Shown: one piece after another, positions 50,433-59,253 of the stretch | How the letters are laid out: each line of letters opens with the position of its first letter | Numbering within the stretch: the stretch's first letter is position 1 | Source of the DNA: a bacterium | GTDB lineage: Bacteria > Krumholzibacteriota > Krumholzibacteriia > LZORAL124-64-63 | NCBI GenBank assembly: GCA_020049465.1 | Contig: JAIFKS010000046.1 | Span: forward strand, 3,044 to 67,043 | Direction of reading: 5' to 3' | Length of the DNA stretch: 64,000 nt | Program-made: the position numbers and the translations under genes | Notes under the pieces: model-generated | Databases searched by the model: none | What the model saw: only the letters and a program-made list of their open reading frames with translations | Told to the model about the DNA's origin: nothing

Positions 50433-52973
50433 TCAGGGAAGACCCGGCAGGTCCGGGTTCCGCCAGAGTCCGTGGGCCTGCAGGCGCCCGCTGGAGATGT
50501 CCCAGCGGACCGTGGATGTCCCGCCGAGATCCGAACGCAGGGTGGCCAACGTGTCGCCAGCCACGACATACGGCCCATGGCTGGGGTGGCGGTAACGGTT
50601 GCCGACGCCGCAACTGACCAGCACCAGACGCGGGTGCAGGCGATCGAGCCAGGGCGCGCTGCCCGAGGTGTTGCTGCCGTGATGCCCAGCCTTCCAGACC
50701 TCGGCCCGCCCCAGGTCCGGGTGGGCCGCCAGGAGCAACGCCTCGCCGTGGCGTTCCAGATCGCCGCTCCAGACAAGACGAACCTGTTCGCCCTGTCGCA
50801 GGACCAGCACCAGGGAGCGGTCGTTCTCGTCGAGTTGGGCGGACTCGGCGGCCGGAACCGAAAGCAGCGCTACCTCCCACTCCCGCCAGCGGTGCAACGG
50901 GAGGACCGGCGACGGCGCCTGCACGCGCGACGTGTCCGGCAGTCCGGCCAGGGCCTCGACGGCGCGGCCGCCGCAGTACCACCGGCCCACCCGCAGCTGC
51001 TCCGCCGCTACGCGTGCACCGCCCGTGTGATCCCGGTGCCCGTGCGTCAGCACCACGGCGTCAACGGCTCGGATTCCTCTGCGGCGCAGGGCCGGCAGCA
51101 CGTCCCGCGCGAACGGTCCGTCCGCGTCGTCGCCGAAACCGTAGGCGCCGCCGGTGTCCAGCAGGACACGCCAGCCGTCGGGAAACGTCAGCAGGCCGCA
51201 GTCGCCCTGCCCGACGTCGAACTGCGTGAGCTCCACTTCCCGGTTGGGACGCAGGAGATGCGGCGGCAGCGTCGTCAGCAGCAGGCCGACCGGCGCCGAA
51301 GCTGCCAGCAGCGCCAGCGCCTGCTTCCGCCGTCCGGCGCGGTGCAACCGGGCCAGGCCGCCCAGCAGCAGCGCGCTCAGGAGCAGCCATACCGCGAAAC
51401 GACCCGCCGACAGCGCGGGCAGACCCAGCTCCCAGTCGCCGGCCCGGGCCGCCGCCCAGGCCACCGCCGCCGCCAGCAGACGGAAGACGAGCCAGGCCAA
51501 TGCGCCGCAGGCCTCGCCCGCCGGGCGGAATGCGGCTTCCAGCGCCAGGGCCATGACGGTCAGCCAGACGCCGATGCCGAACGTCGGCACGACCAGGAGA
51601 TTGGCGAGCGGCGCCAGCAGGCTGATGCGTCCGAACGCCTGGGCGGCCACCGGCAGCGTGAACCACTGCGCGGCAAGCGTCACGCCCAGCCCGCTGCCGA
51701 GCCAGGCCAGCGACCGCGGGCCCAGGAATTTCAGGCCGCCGGTGACGCGGCTGACGCCGAGGATGCCTCCGGCCGCGAGATAGGACAGACGCAGCCCCAC
51801 GTCGAGCCCGATCCGCGGGTCCCAGACGATGCTGGCCGCGTAAACGAGACCCAGTGCGCGCAGCGCGTCGAGCCGTCGGCCGAGCAGCGGCGCGATCAGA
51901 GCCAGCGCCCCCACTCCGGCGGCGCGGATCACCGAACCGGGCAGGCCGGTCAGGACGGCATACGGAGGCAGCAGGCAGAGCACGGGCAGGGCCGACAGCA
52001 CCGGCCCGGCGCCGAGCGCCCGAGCCGGCGCCAGCACCAGGGCCAGCAGGATCCCCACGTGCAACCCGCTGACAGCGAACAGGTGCGCCAGGCCGAGATC
52101 GGTAAAGGGCTGGCTGTTGCGCCTGCTCTCGGCGTCGCGCGCGCCCAGCAGCACCGACGCGGCGAGCCCGGCTTCGCGCGGCGGCAACAGACGGCCCAAC
52201 GCCTCGACGAGACCCGCCTGCAACGGCGCCAGCGCGCGGACGCCGACCACCGCCGCCGGATCGGTCGCCGCCGGGATCACCACCCGGCCGGCGTCCGCGC
52301 GGCCCGTCCAGGTCAACCCCCGGCCCGTCAGATGCCGCCGGTAATCGAAGGCGTCGGGGATCCCTGCCCCTCGCGGCCGCGAGGCGACCAGAGGGGCCGC
52401 GATCACCTGGCCGATGACCGGCGGGGGACCGCCGCCGGTGAGCATGACACCGTCGCCGGAACGCGGCGTCGCGAATCCGTCGACCGCGGCTGCTTCCGGC
52501 GCGAAATCAAGAAGTCGGGCCGGTGTACGCCAGCGGCCGCCGCTGGCCGGCGCCGACCACCCGGTGATGCGCAGCAGGGCCGGGCCTTGGGCGCGCACTG
52601 GGATCGCCGGCCCCCAGGGATCGGGCGCGACCGCGTCGGGCCGCTGCCGGCGCGCGTCGGCTTCACTCCACCCCCAGGCCGCGGCCCCGACGAAGGTGGC
52701 GACGCCGGCCACGATGGTCCCGGGCGTACCGGTTCCCCAGGCGAGCACCGGCGTCAATGCGAGGCAGCGGCCCCAACCGGCCGGTGCTTCGAGCAGCAGG
52801 GCCGGAGCGGCCGCCGGAAGCGCACCGCCGGCGACGATGCCGCCCAGATGCAGTCCGGCCCACAGCAGGGGCCACCAGGTTCGCAGGACAGGAATGAACC
52901 GCGACGCGCGGCCGTTCAGCGGGGCCGGGGTGTCAGGCGCAGGTGCTGGCCTTCGCTGTCCCAGAAGTGGCAT
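50433..52973 (-). CDS. comEC: Competence protein ComEC/Rec2
   Basis: GLAHLFAVSGLHVG, SVIRA, LRLSY, FDVGQGD, LTHGHRDHTGG, KAGHHGS, NRYRHP; start uncertain (ATG 52973 or CTG 52919). Confidence 0.93.
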   Translation of the reverse strand: MPLLGQRRPAPAPDTPAPLNGRASRFIPVLRTWWPLLWAGLHLGGIVAGGALPAAAPALLLEAPAGWGRCLALTPVLAWGTGTPGTIVAGVATFVGAAAWGWSEADARRQRPDAVAPDPWGPAIPVRAQGPALLRITGWSAPASGGRWRTPARLLDFAPEAAAVDGFATPRSGDGVMLTGGGPPPVIGQVIAAPLVASRPRGAGIPDAFDYRRHLTGRGLTWTGRADAGRVVIPAATDPAAVVGVRALAPLQAGLVEALGRLLPPREAGLAASVLLGARDAESRRNSQPFTDLGLAHLFAVSGLHVGILLALVLAPARALGAGPVLSALPVLCLLPPYAVLTGLPGSVIRAAGVGALALIAPLLGRRLDALRALGLVYAASIVWDPRIGLDVGLRLSYLAAGGILGVSRVTGGLKFLGPRSLAWLGSGLGVTLAAQWFTLPVAAQAFGRISLLAPLANLLVVPTFGIGVWLTVMALALEAAFRPAGEACGALAWLVFRLLAAAVAWAAARAGDWELGLPALSAGRFAVWLLLSALLLGGLARLHRAGRRKQALALLAASAPVGLLLTTLPPHLLRPNREVELTQFDVGQGDCGLLTFPDGWRVLLDTGGAYGFGDDADGPFARDVLPALRRRGIRAVDAVVLTHGHRDHTGGARVAAEQLRVGRWYCGGRAVEALAGLPDTSRVQAPSPVLPLHRWREWEVALLSVPAAESAQLDENDRSLVLVLRQGEQVRLVWSGDLERHGEALLLAAHPDLGRAEVWKAGHHGSNTSGSAPWLDRLHPRLVLVSCGVGNRYRHPSHGPYVVAGDTLATLRSDLGGTSTVRWDISSGRLQAHGLWRNPDLPGLP

Positions 52974-54340
52974 TGGTCGCGGCCCAGATCCTTCGAGAGG
53001 TACAGCATCGCGTCGGCTTTGCGGTAGAGTTCGAACGGGTCGAGCCCCGCGCCGGGAAACGTGACGGCGCCGGCAGAGAACGTGACCGGGATCTGCCGCG
53101 CATGGCCGTCCTCATCGACGGATTCGCAGTACTCGGCGTCCAGCAGGCGTCCGACCACTTCGTGCGCGGCTTCGGCGGGCGTGTCGGTCAGGATCAGCGC
53201 GAACTCTTCGCCCCCCACCCGGCAGACGTGGTCGATCCGGCGCAGGGCTTCCTGCAGCCGGCGGGCCATCATCTTCAGGACGCGATCGCCGGCGGGATGC
53301 CCGAAGCGGTCGTTGACGGTCTTGAAGTGGTCGAGATCGGCCAGTACCAGCGTCAATGGTCCCTGGGAACGACGGGCGCGCTCCAGCTCGAGCGGAAACT
53401 GGCTGTCGAAATAGGCCCGGTTGAAGACGCCGGTCAGACCGTCCTTGTGGATCCGGAGATTCACCTCGCGCTGACTCTGCCAACGGCGGGTGACGAACCG
53501 GGACAGACGTTCAGCCAGACGCAGCAGCGGTTCCCGGCCCCACTCGCCGCCGGCGGTCAGGTACAGCAGGCCGGCTTCGACCGGGTGTTCGCCGGGCTCG
53601 CCGTCGCGCAATGGTTCCCAGAGGGGAACGGCCACGCCGCAGACCGCGGGCTGGCCGCGGCGGCTCTCGTGCTGGCGCAGGACCGTCGCCGGCAGTTCGT
53701 TGGCCGAAGGTATCCAGACCGAATGTCCGGCCGGACGCAGCGGTTGCCAGCCTTCGGCGCGGCCGGCCGCATCGAGGGTGAAAACATGTTCGGCGCCCTC
53801 GGGCGCCAGTTCGCCGGCCGGCAGCTGGAGATGCAGGTCGAACTGGGGCACGAAGCGGCCGACCAGGCGCAGGACCCCGGCCAGGATGCTGCTCTTGTCG
53901 GCGGTGCGCAGATCGGCCACTTCCAGATCCTGCGCGAATTCCATGGCGCCGAGAAGGTCCGAAACCTCGTTCAGGTCCGGCAGCCCGTCCGAACCGAGCG
54001 AGGCGAGCGACGGCACGGCCGGTGCCGCGGGATTCGGGAGCGGCGGCACGGCGGCCCACGGGGCGTCGGCGCCAAGGCAGCTCAGATCAATCAGTCGGGT
54101 CGATCCCGGTACGAGCACGAAGGGACCGCCCTGGCGCTCGCGGCCGCCTTCGACCGCCACCCGCAGCAGGCGGCCGCTGCGCAGCAGCTCGCCGACGACG
54201 GCGCGGGCCATGGCCCGCAGGCGGTCGGCGTCGCCGGCTCGCAGAGCCCGGCGCACGGCATCCCGCTGGGATGGTCCCACACCGTCCAGTGGCAGCTCGA
54301 TCGCCAACAGGCGGCGAAGTCCGGTCAGGCTCGTTTCCAT
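52916..54340 (-). CDS. Diguanylate cyclase with N-terminal unknown / GAF-like region
   Basis: DGLTGVFNR, DLDHFKTVNDRFGHPAGD, RRID I-site, RVGGEEF, ADAMLYLSK..GRD. Confidence 0.92.
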   Translation of the reverse strand: METSLTGLRRLLAIELPLDGVGPSQRDAVRRALRAGDADRLRAMARAVVGELLRSGRLLRVAVEGGRERQGGPFVLVPGSTRLIDLSCLGADAPWAAVPPLPNPAAPAVPSLASLGSDGLPDLNEVSDLLGAMEFAQDLEVADLRTADKSSILAGVLRLVGRFVPQFDLHLQLPAGELAPEGAEHVFTLDAAGRAEGWQPLRPAGHSVWIPSANELPATVLRQHESRRGQPAVCGVAVPLWEPLRDGEPGEHPVEAGLLYLTAGGEWGREPLLRLAERLSRFVTRRWQSQREVNLRIHKDGLTGVFNRAYFDSQFPLELERARRSQGPLTLVLADLDHFKTVNDRFGHPAGDRVLKMMARRLQEALRRIDHVCRVGGEEFALILTDTPAEAAHEVVGRLLDAEYCESVDEDGHARQIPVTFSAGAVTFPGAGLDPFELYRKADAMLYLSKDLGRDQCHFWDSEGQHLRLTPRPR

Positions 54341-54391
54341 ACAGGGAAGACGGCGCTTTCTTGTGGAAGGTTTGCTGCCACTTCTGGAATG

Positions 54392-54420
54392 ATTATGACA
54401 TATGATCAGGATTTTTTCAA
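54392..54420 (-). promoter_or_regulatory. sigma-70 promoter of the diguanylate cyclase-comEC unit
   Basis: TTGAAA-17 nt-CATAAT with TGn, in an AT-rich island. Confidence 0.65.
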
Positions 54421-54437
54421 GCAATGACGTTGGCGGG

Positions 54438-54453
54438 TGGCCCGGTACCTGCT
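54438..54453 (+). promoter_or_regulatory. Putative sigma-54 (-24/-12) promoter of the MltD-like gene
   Basis: TGGCCCGGTACCTGCT: GG-N10-GC spacing as in TGGCAC-N5-TTGCW. Confidence 0.55.
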
Positions 54454-54547
54454 ATCTTCCAAAACCCGCTCGAGATGGAACTCAATCCGGGAACCGAGGC
54501 GCGCCTTCAAGGTTTGCAGGCGATCCCGACCGGAAGGACAGGCACGG

Positions 54548-56371
54548 ATGAATTTTGAGAAGTTCCCATTCAGCAAAGGCTTAGCTCATAAGCGGTGCCA
54601 AACTGCCCGCTGGCTCCTGGCGGTCACGGCAGCGGTCGGTCTGGGCGCCGGCTGTGCTGGCGGGGGCTCGCCAGGAATGCGCGAGTCGGGCGACGCCGAC
54701 GCGATTTTATTCTCCGACAACGCCTTTGCCCGCCGGACAGCATCAGCCGACACAACCGGGGGCGAAGTGGACGGCGCGATGGGACTGACGGCCGGGCCGG
54801 TCGTGGACCTCGAACGCGACGCCGAAGGGCGCGCCGCGCTGGACGCCCTGGAGAAGCTCAGCCGCACCGCGCTGGCCCTGGCGGCCGAGGGTCGGCTGGA
54901 TGAGGCTCAGGATCACCTTTTCGTGCTTGAGGACCAGGCATCCCTGGCGGCGCCGGCCGGGGCCGATTCCCTGTACATCGAACAGCAGCGCAGCCTCCAG
55001 CGCCGGGCCGGACTGCTGGGCGCCGTGCTGGCCGAACAGATGGCCTTCTCGGGCGATGCTGCCCAGGCCGACTCGCTGCTGGCGGATGGTTACGCACGCC
55101 TGGCCCAGAGTTCGTTTCCGGATTCGCTGGTGCCGGCCACGGGCGCCGAATTGTCGCCCATCACGGTTGACCTGTTGAAGGTCGACAACCTGGAAGTCAA
55201 CCGCTGGGTCAACTACTTCTCCGGGCGCGGGCGCGACCATTTCCAGGTGTGGCTCGAGCGCCGCGCGCAGGTCGACTCGATGATCACCGCGATCCTCGAC
55301 GAGAACGGCCTCCCGCGCGAACTGATCTATCTGGCGATGATCGAGAGCGGGCTCAGTTCCCGGGCGGTCTCCAACGTGGGTGCGGTCGGCCCCTGGCAGT
55401 TCATGGCGCCGACAGGGCGGGCCAACGGCCTGCGGACCGACTGGTGGATCGATGAACGACGCGACATGGAAATGTCCACCCGCGCGGCCTGCAAGTACAT
55501 CCGCACGCTCTACAGGCAGTTCAACGACTGGGCTCTGGTCCTGGCCGCCTACAACACCGGCGAAGGCCGTGTCGAGCGCGTGATCAATCAGCACGGGCAC
55601 GACGACTTCTGGAACCTGCGACTGCCCAGTCAGACCACGGCGCACATTCCGAAGTTCATCGCGGCCGCGCGCATCGGGGAAGATCCCGAACGCTACGGAT
55701 TCGTCGTGCCGGCGGCGCGTCCGCTGCATTACGACCTGTTGCCGGTCGACGACGCGACGGATCTGGAAGTCATTGCCAAGTGCGCCGGCGTCGACGTCGC
55801 CGAGATCAAGGCGCTGAATCCGGCCCTGATCCGCGGCGTGACGTCACCCGACCGCAAGAACTACCCGGTGAAGGTGCCCGACGGCAAGGGCGCGACGGCC
55901 GTGGTCGCGTTGGCTAAGGTTCCGGCGGACAAGCGCCTGACCTGGAGCAGCCACCGCGTCGCACGCGGCGAGACGCTCGGGCGCATCGCTTCGAACTACG
56001 GGTCGACGGTGAACGACATCGCGCGGTTGAACCGGCTGAACGCGCCGTTCACGATCCACCCCGGCGACGAGCTTCTCATCCCCATGCCGGGCGAGCTGAG
56101 CGACAAGGCGCGCAAGCGCCTCGAGTCGGCGCCCGCGAAAGGCAAGTCGGGCAAGGCCAAGAGCGGCGCAGCCAAGAGCAAGGCGCGCTACGAACCGCCC
56201 GCGGGCTGGGAACGCGTCAGCTACGATGTGCGCAAAGGCGACACCGTCGGCAGCATTGCCCAGAAGCTGGGCGTGACGGTCTCGCACCTGCGGACGGTGA
56301 ATGCGCTGCCGCGCAGCAACCTGATCCGCGCCGGGCAGAAGCTGTTCGCGTACAAGCCCCCGAAGGGCTGA
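54548..56371 (+). CDS. mltD: MltD-like membrane-bound lytic transglycosylase with LysM domains
   Basis: Lipobox GAGC, LAMIESG, GPWQFM, LAAYNTGEG, LysM repeats (VARGETLGRIA, VRKGDTVGSIA). Confidence 0.88.
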   Translation: MNFEKFPFSKGLAHKRCQTARWLLAVTAAVGLGAGCAGGGSPGMRESGDADAILFSDNAFARRTASADTTGGEVDGAMGLTAGPVVDLERDAEGRAALDALEKLSRTALALAAEGRLDEAQDHLFVLEDQASLAAPAGADSLYIEQQRSLQRRAGLLGAVLAEQMAFSGDAAQADSLLADGYARLAQSSFPDSLVPATGAELSPITVDLLKVDNLEVNRWVNYFSGRGRDHFQVWLERRAQVDSMITAILDENGLPRELIYLAMIESGLSSRAVSNVGAVGPWQFMAPTGRANGLRTDWWIDERRDMEMSTRAACKYIRTLYRQFNDWALVLAAYNTGEGRVERVINQHGHDDFWNLRLPSQTTAHIPKFIAAARIGEDPERYGFVVPAARPLHYDLLPVDDATDLEVIAKCAGVDVAEIKALNPALIRGVTSPDRKNYPVKVPDGKGATAVVALAKVPADKRLTWSSHRVARGETLGRIASNYGSTVNDIARLNRLNAPFTIHPGDELLIPMPGELSDKARKRLESAPAKGKSGKAKSGAAKSKARYEPPAGWERVSYDVRKGDTVGSIAQKLGVTVSHLRTVNALPRSNLIRAGQKLFAYKPPKG

Positions 56372-56405
56372 AGTTGTCCCGGCCACCGAAGCCGGGTCGG
56401 ACCTG

Positions 56406-56437
56406 AAAAAAAGAGCCCGCCGTCGGCGGGCTCTTTT
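56406..56437. terminator. Bidirectional intrinsic terminator
   Basis: AAAAGAGCCCGCC-gtc-GGCGGGCTCTTTT between convergent genes. Confidence 0.9.
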
Positions 56438-56463
56438 CGTTGCGGACACGGGGAATCACCGGC

Positions 56464-57522
56464 TCAGAACCTGACCGACAGGCTGATCCGGTGGGTCACT
56501 TCGTCGATCTCCAGAGCGTCTCCCGCATACGCATAGTCAATGGTCAGCGGATCGAGCCGGAAGCCGGCGCCAGCGGCGAAATGACCGGCGTCGAAGCCGC
56601 CGTCGAAGCCGGTTCGCACGAAGACCTTCCGCGAGAAGCCCAGTTCCATTCCCGCGTGGGCGATGGCGCTCATCGAGCCGCTGTGGTACTGGTCCGCGTC
56701 GCCGCGGTTGTCGAACCGGGCCTCGAGCGAACCCGCCAGCGTCACGTCCATGTCCCAGCGCGGCACCGGTTGCCGCCAGGCCAGGCCCGGGACGATGGCC
56801 GGCGTGATGATCTCGTTGTGCCCCGTGCTCCAGGAAAGATACGTGGTCGTCACGTCCTGCAGCTTCAGGCCGAAGTCCAGACGCTTCCAGATCGCGGGCC
56901 GCAGCACGGCCAGGTCCGCACCCACGCCCAGGCTCGAGTACGGCCCGATGCTCTGGCGCACGAACTTCAGCGATCCGCCCACGCGCCAGGCGCCCTTCTG
57001 TTCGCCGTACGACAGCAGCAGGCCCAGTTCCTGATCGCTCTTGTAGCGGATCTGGTCCTGCAGGTCGAACAGGCGCAGCAGTTCGTCGTTGTCGACGGCG
57101 CCGTCGTCGTTGACGTCCAGTTCGTCGGTCAGGTGGTTGGTGAACGGGATGTCGTCCACGCCCAGCCGGATGAGCGAGACGCCGATGCCCGAACTCTCGC
57201 CCCCGAACAGGCGCCAGCCGACGGGCTGCACGTAGGATACGAAGTCGCGGTCGATCAGGTCCCCGAACTGCTCCGAGTGCATCAGCAGCACTTCGCGGTT
57301 GGTGACGCCGGCCAGGCCGGCCGGGTTCCAGAAGGTCGTCGAGGGGTCGTCGGCCACGGCCGTGAAGGCCGCGCCCATGCCGAGCGCGCGCGCGCCACCC
57401 CCGTTTTCCATGAAGGCGCCGGCGTATTTGTCGGCGTGGGCGGCGCCCGGCAGGGCTACGCCCAGCAGCACGGTTGCCAGCAGACTCAGGCGCCGCAACG
57501 GGCGCACCGGGTTGACGATCAT
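56464..57522 (-). CDS. PorV/PorQ (UPF0164)-family outer-membrane beta-barrel
   Basis: Signal peptide, GARALGMG.AF.AVADD....WNPAGL, amphipathic strands, terminal Phe. Confidence 0.8.
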   Translation of the reverse strand: MIVNPVRPLRRLSLLATVLLGVALPGAAHADKYAGAFMENGGGARALGMGAAFTAVADDPSTTFWNPAGLAGVTNREVLLMHSEQFGDLIDRDFVSYVQPVGWRLFGGESSGIGVSLIRLGVDDIPFTNHLTDELDVNDDGAVDNDELLRLFDLQDQIRYKSDQELGLLLSYGEQKGAWRVGGSLKFVRQSIGPYSSLGVGADLAVLRPAIWKRLDFGLKLQDVTTTYLSWSTGHNEIITPAIVPGLAWRQPVPRWDMDVTLAGSLEARFDNRGDADQYHSGSMSAIAHAGMELGFSRKVFVRTGFDGGFDAGHFAAGAGFRLDPLTIDYAYAGDALEIDEVTHRISLSVRF

Positions 57523-57587
57523 GCCTGCCTCGCGATCCAGGGGTTGGTTTCGCTTGCGATCCAGCGGTGTCGAACGATCAGGTAAAG

Positions 57588-57616
57588 ATTATAGAGCATT
57601 TCCGGTTCCCCGCAAA
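57588..57616 (-). promoter_or_regulatory. Putative sigma-70 promoter of the PorV-like gene
   Basis: TTTGCG-17 nt-TATAAT. Confidence 0.55.
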
Positions 57617-57629
57617 GCGCTGGTCTTTT

Positions 57630-59159
57630 CTACAGCCCGTAGGACCGGATCTTCCGGTACAGGGTCCGCTCGCTGATTCCGAGCCTTTCGGCAGCCTGGC
57701 GGCGGTTCCCGGCGTGGGCCCGCAGCGCGGACTCGATCAGGGCGCGCTCGGCCGTCTGCAGGTCGCCGGAGGCGCCGCCCGGCAGCGGGCTGTAGGCGTC
57801 GCTGCCGCCGAAGGTCTCCACCACCCCGGTGGCAGGTTCCCAGGCCGCCGAATCCGCCGAATGCCAGGCGCCGCCGACAGGGGTCGGCACTGCTCCCGGG
57901 CGCGCGAGCGCCGCCTTGATCTCGCGGATGTCCTGGCGGATCGCCAGCAGGGTCGAAGCGAGCATGGCCATGTCCAGCTCGGGAGCCGCGGACGCGCCCA
58001 GCGGCACCGGGAGATACGGTTGCGCGGGGGCGCCCGACCGCGAGCCGGCGGGCAGGTCATCCACGTCGATCAGCCCGTTCTGCTTCATCACCACGGCGGA
58101 GCTGATCGCGTTGCGCAGTTCGCGCACGTTGCCGGGCCAGTCCATCTCCAGGAGTGCCTGGCCGGCGGCGCGCGTCAGGCCGCGCACGTGCAGTTTGTGC
58201 TTTTCGTTTTCGGCCTGCAGGAAGGTGCTGGCCAGGATCGGGATGTCCTCGCGGTGTTCGCGCAGCGGCGGGGTCCGGATGACCACCACGCGCAGGCGGA
58301 AATAAAGATCCTGGCGGAAGCGCCCGCGGGCCACGTCGTCGGCCAGGTTCCGGTGCGTGGCCGCCACGAGCCGGATATTGCTCGTCCGGGGAGCGCGGCC
58401 GCCGACGGGTGTGAACTCCCCCGTCTCCAGCGCGCGCAGGAAACGGGTCTGCATGCCCAGCGGCATCTCGGCCACTTCGTCCAGGAACAGCGTGCCGCCG
58501 TCGGCGCGGCGGAACACGCCGTCGTGGTCGGCGACCGCCCCCGTAAAGGCCCCGCGCGCGTGGCCGAACAGCTCGCTTTCCAGCACGCCCTCGCTCATCG
58601 CTCCGCAGTTGAGACTGACGAACGCCCCGGCCGAACGGCGGGAGTTGTCGTGCACCGCGCGGGCCACGAGTTCCTTGCCGGTGCCGCTCTCGCCCAGGAT
58701 GAGGATGTTGACGTCGAGCGGCGCCGCGTGCGCCACCAGCGAGAGCACTTCCTGGATGGCGGCGCTGCGGCCGACGATGCCGCTGCTCTCGCGCACGCGG
58801 CGCAGGCGCAGCTGGCGCTCGATCGTCTGGAAGATCTCCTGCGGTTCCGAGGTCTCCGGCAGGGTGATGACCGTTCCGGCCGGCACGCCGTCAGGGTCGG
58901 CGCCGTCTTCGCCCGCGCCGTCGCCGCCGACCAGCACCAGATCCGCGTCGACCTTCATGGACAGGAATTTCCGCACCACGTGCCGGTGGCGCGGATAGTC
59001 ACGGGTGTCGAACACGAACACGGCTGATTTCCCCAGCGAGAGTTTGGCCAGGGCTTCGGACGGCGAATCGAACAGGAACAGCTCCACCTGCGGCGCCTGC
59101 CAGGCGGCGGCCGCGGCGTAAAGGCGGTGTCGGCGGCTGAGAAGGACCACCATGCGCAT
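57630..59159 (-). CDS. sigma-54-dependent activator (degenerate REC-like domain, AAA+, Fis-HTH)
   Basis: GESGTGKE, ESELFGH.RGAFTGA, LFLDEV, FRQDLYFRL, WPGNVREL, AAERLGISERTLYRK. Confidence 0.93.
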   Translation of the reverse strand: MRMVVLLSRRHRLYAAAAAWQAPQVELFLFDSPSEALAKLSLGKSAVFVFDTRDYPRHRHVVRKFLSMKVDADLVLVGGDGAGEDGADPDGVPAGTVITLPETSEPQEIFQTIERQLRLRRVRESSGIVGRSAAIQEVLSLVAHAAPLDVNILILGESGTGKELVARAVHDNSRRSAGAFVSLNCGAMSEGVLESELFGHARGAFTGAVADHDGVFRRADGGTLFLDEVAEMPLGMQTRFLRALETGEFTPVGGRAPRTSNIRLVAATHRNLADDVARGRFRQDLYFRLRVVVIRTPPLREHREDIPILASTFLQAENEKHKLHVRGLTRAAGQALLEMDWPGNVRELRNAISSAVVMKQNGLIDVDDLPAGSRSGAPAQPYLPVPLGASAAPELDMAMLASTLLAIRQDIREIKAALARPGAVPTPVGGAWHSADSAAWEPATGVVETFGGSDAYSPLPGGASGDLQTAERALIESALRAHAGNRRQAAERLGISERTLYRKIRSYGL

Positions 59160-59196
59160 GAAACAGCCTCCCTGACCGGATACCTGTCAATGTGTC

Positions 59197-59225
59197 AGGA
59201 TAGCGGTTGGGGTCCGTTTCGGCAA
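59197..59225 (-). promoter_or_regulatory. Putative sigma-70 promoter of the sigma-54 activator
   Basis: TTGCCG-17 nt-TATCCT. Confidence 0.55.
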
Positions 59226-59253
59226 GATCGCTAATGTGCTGCGGAATCGCCGG

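Noticed and set aside
54507-54532. Second, sigma-28-like motif before mltD (TCAA-N14-CCCGAC)
   Set aside because: Short spacer and weak -10 match; not supportable
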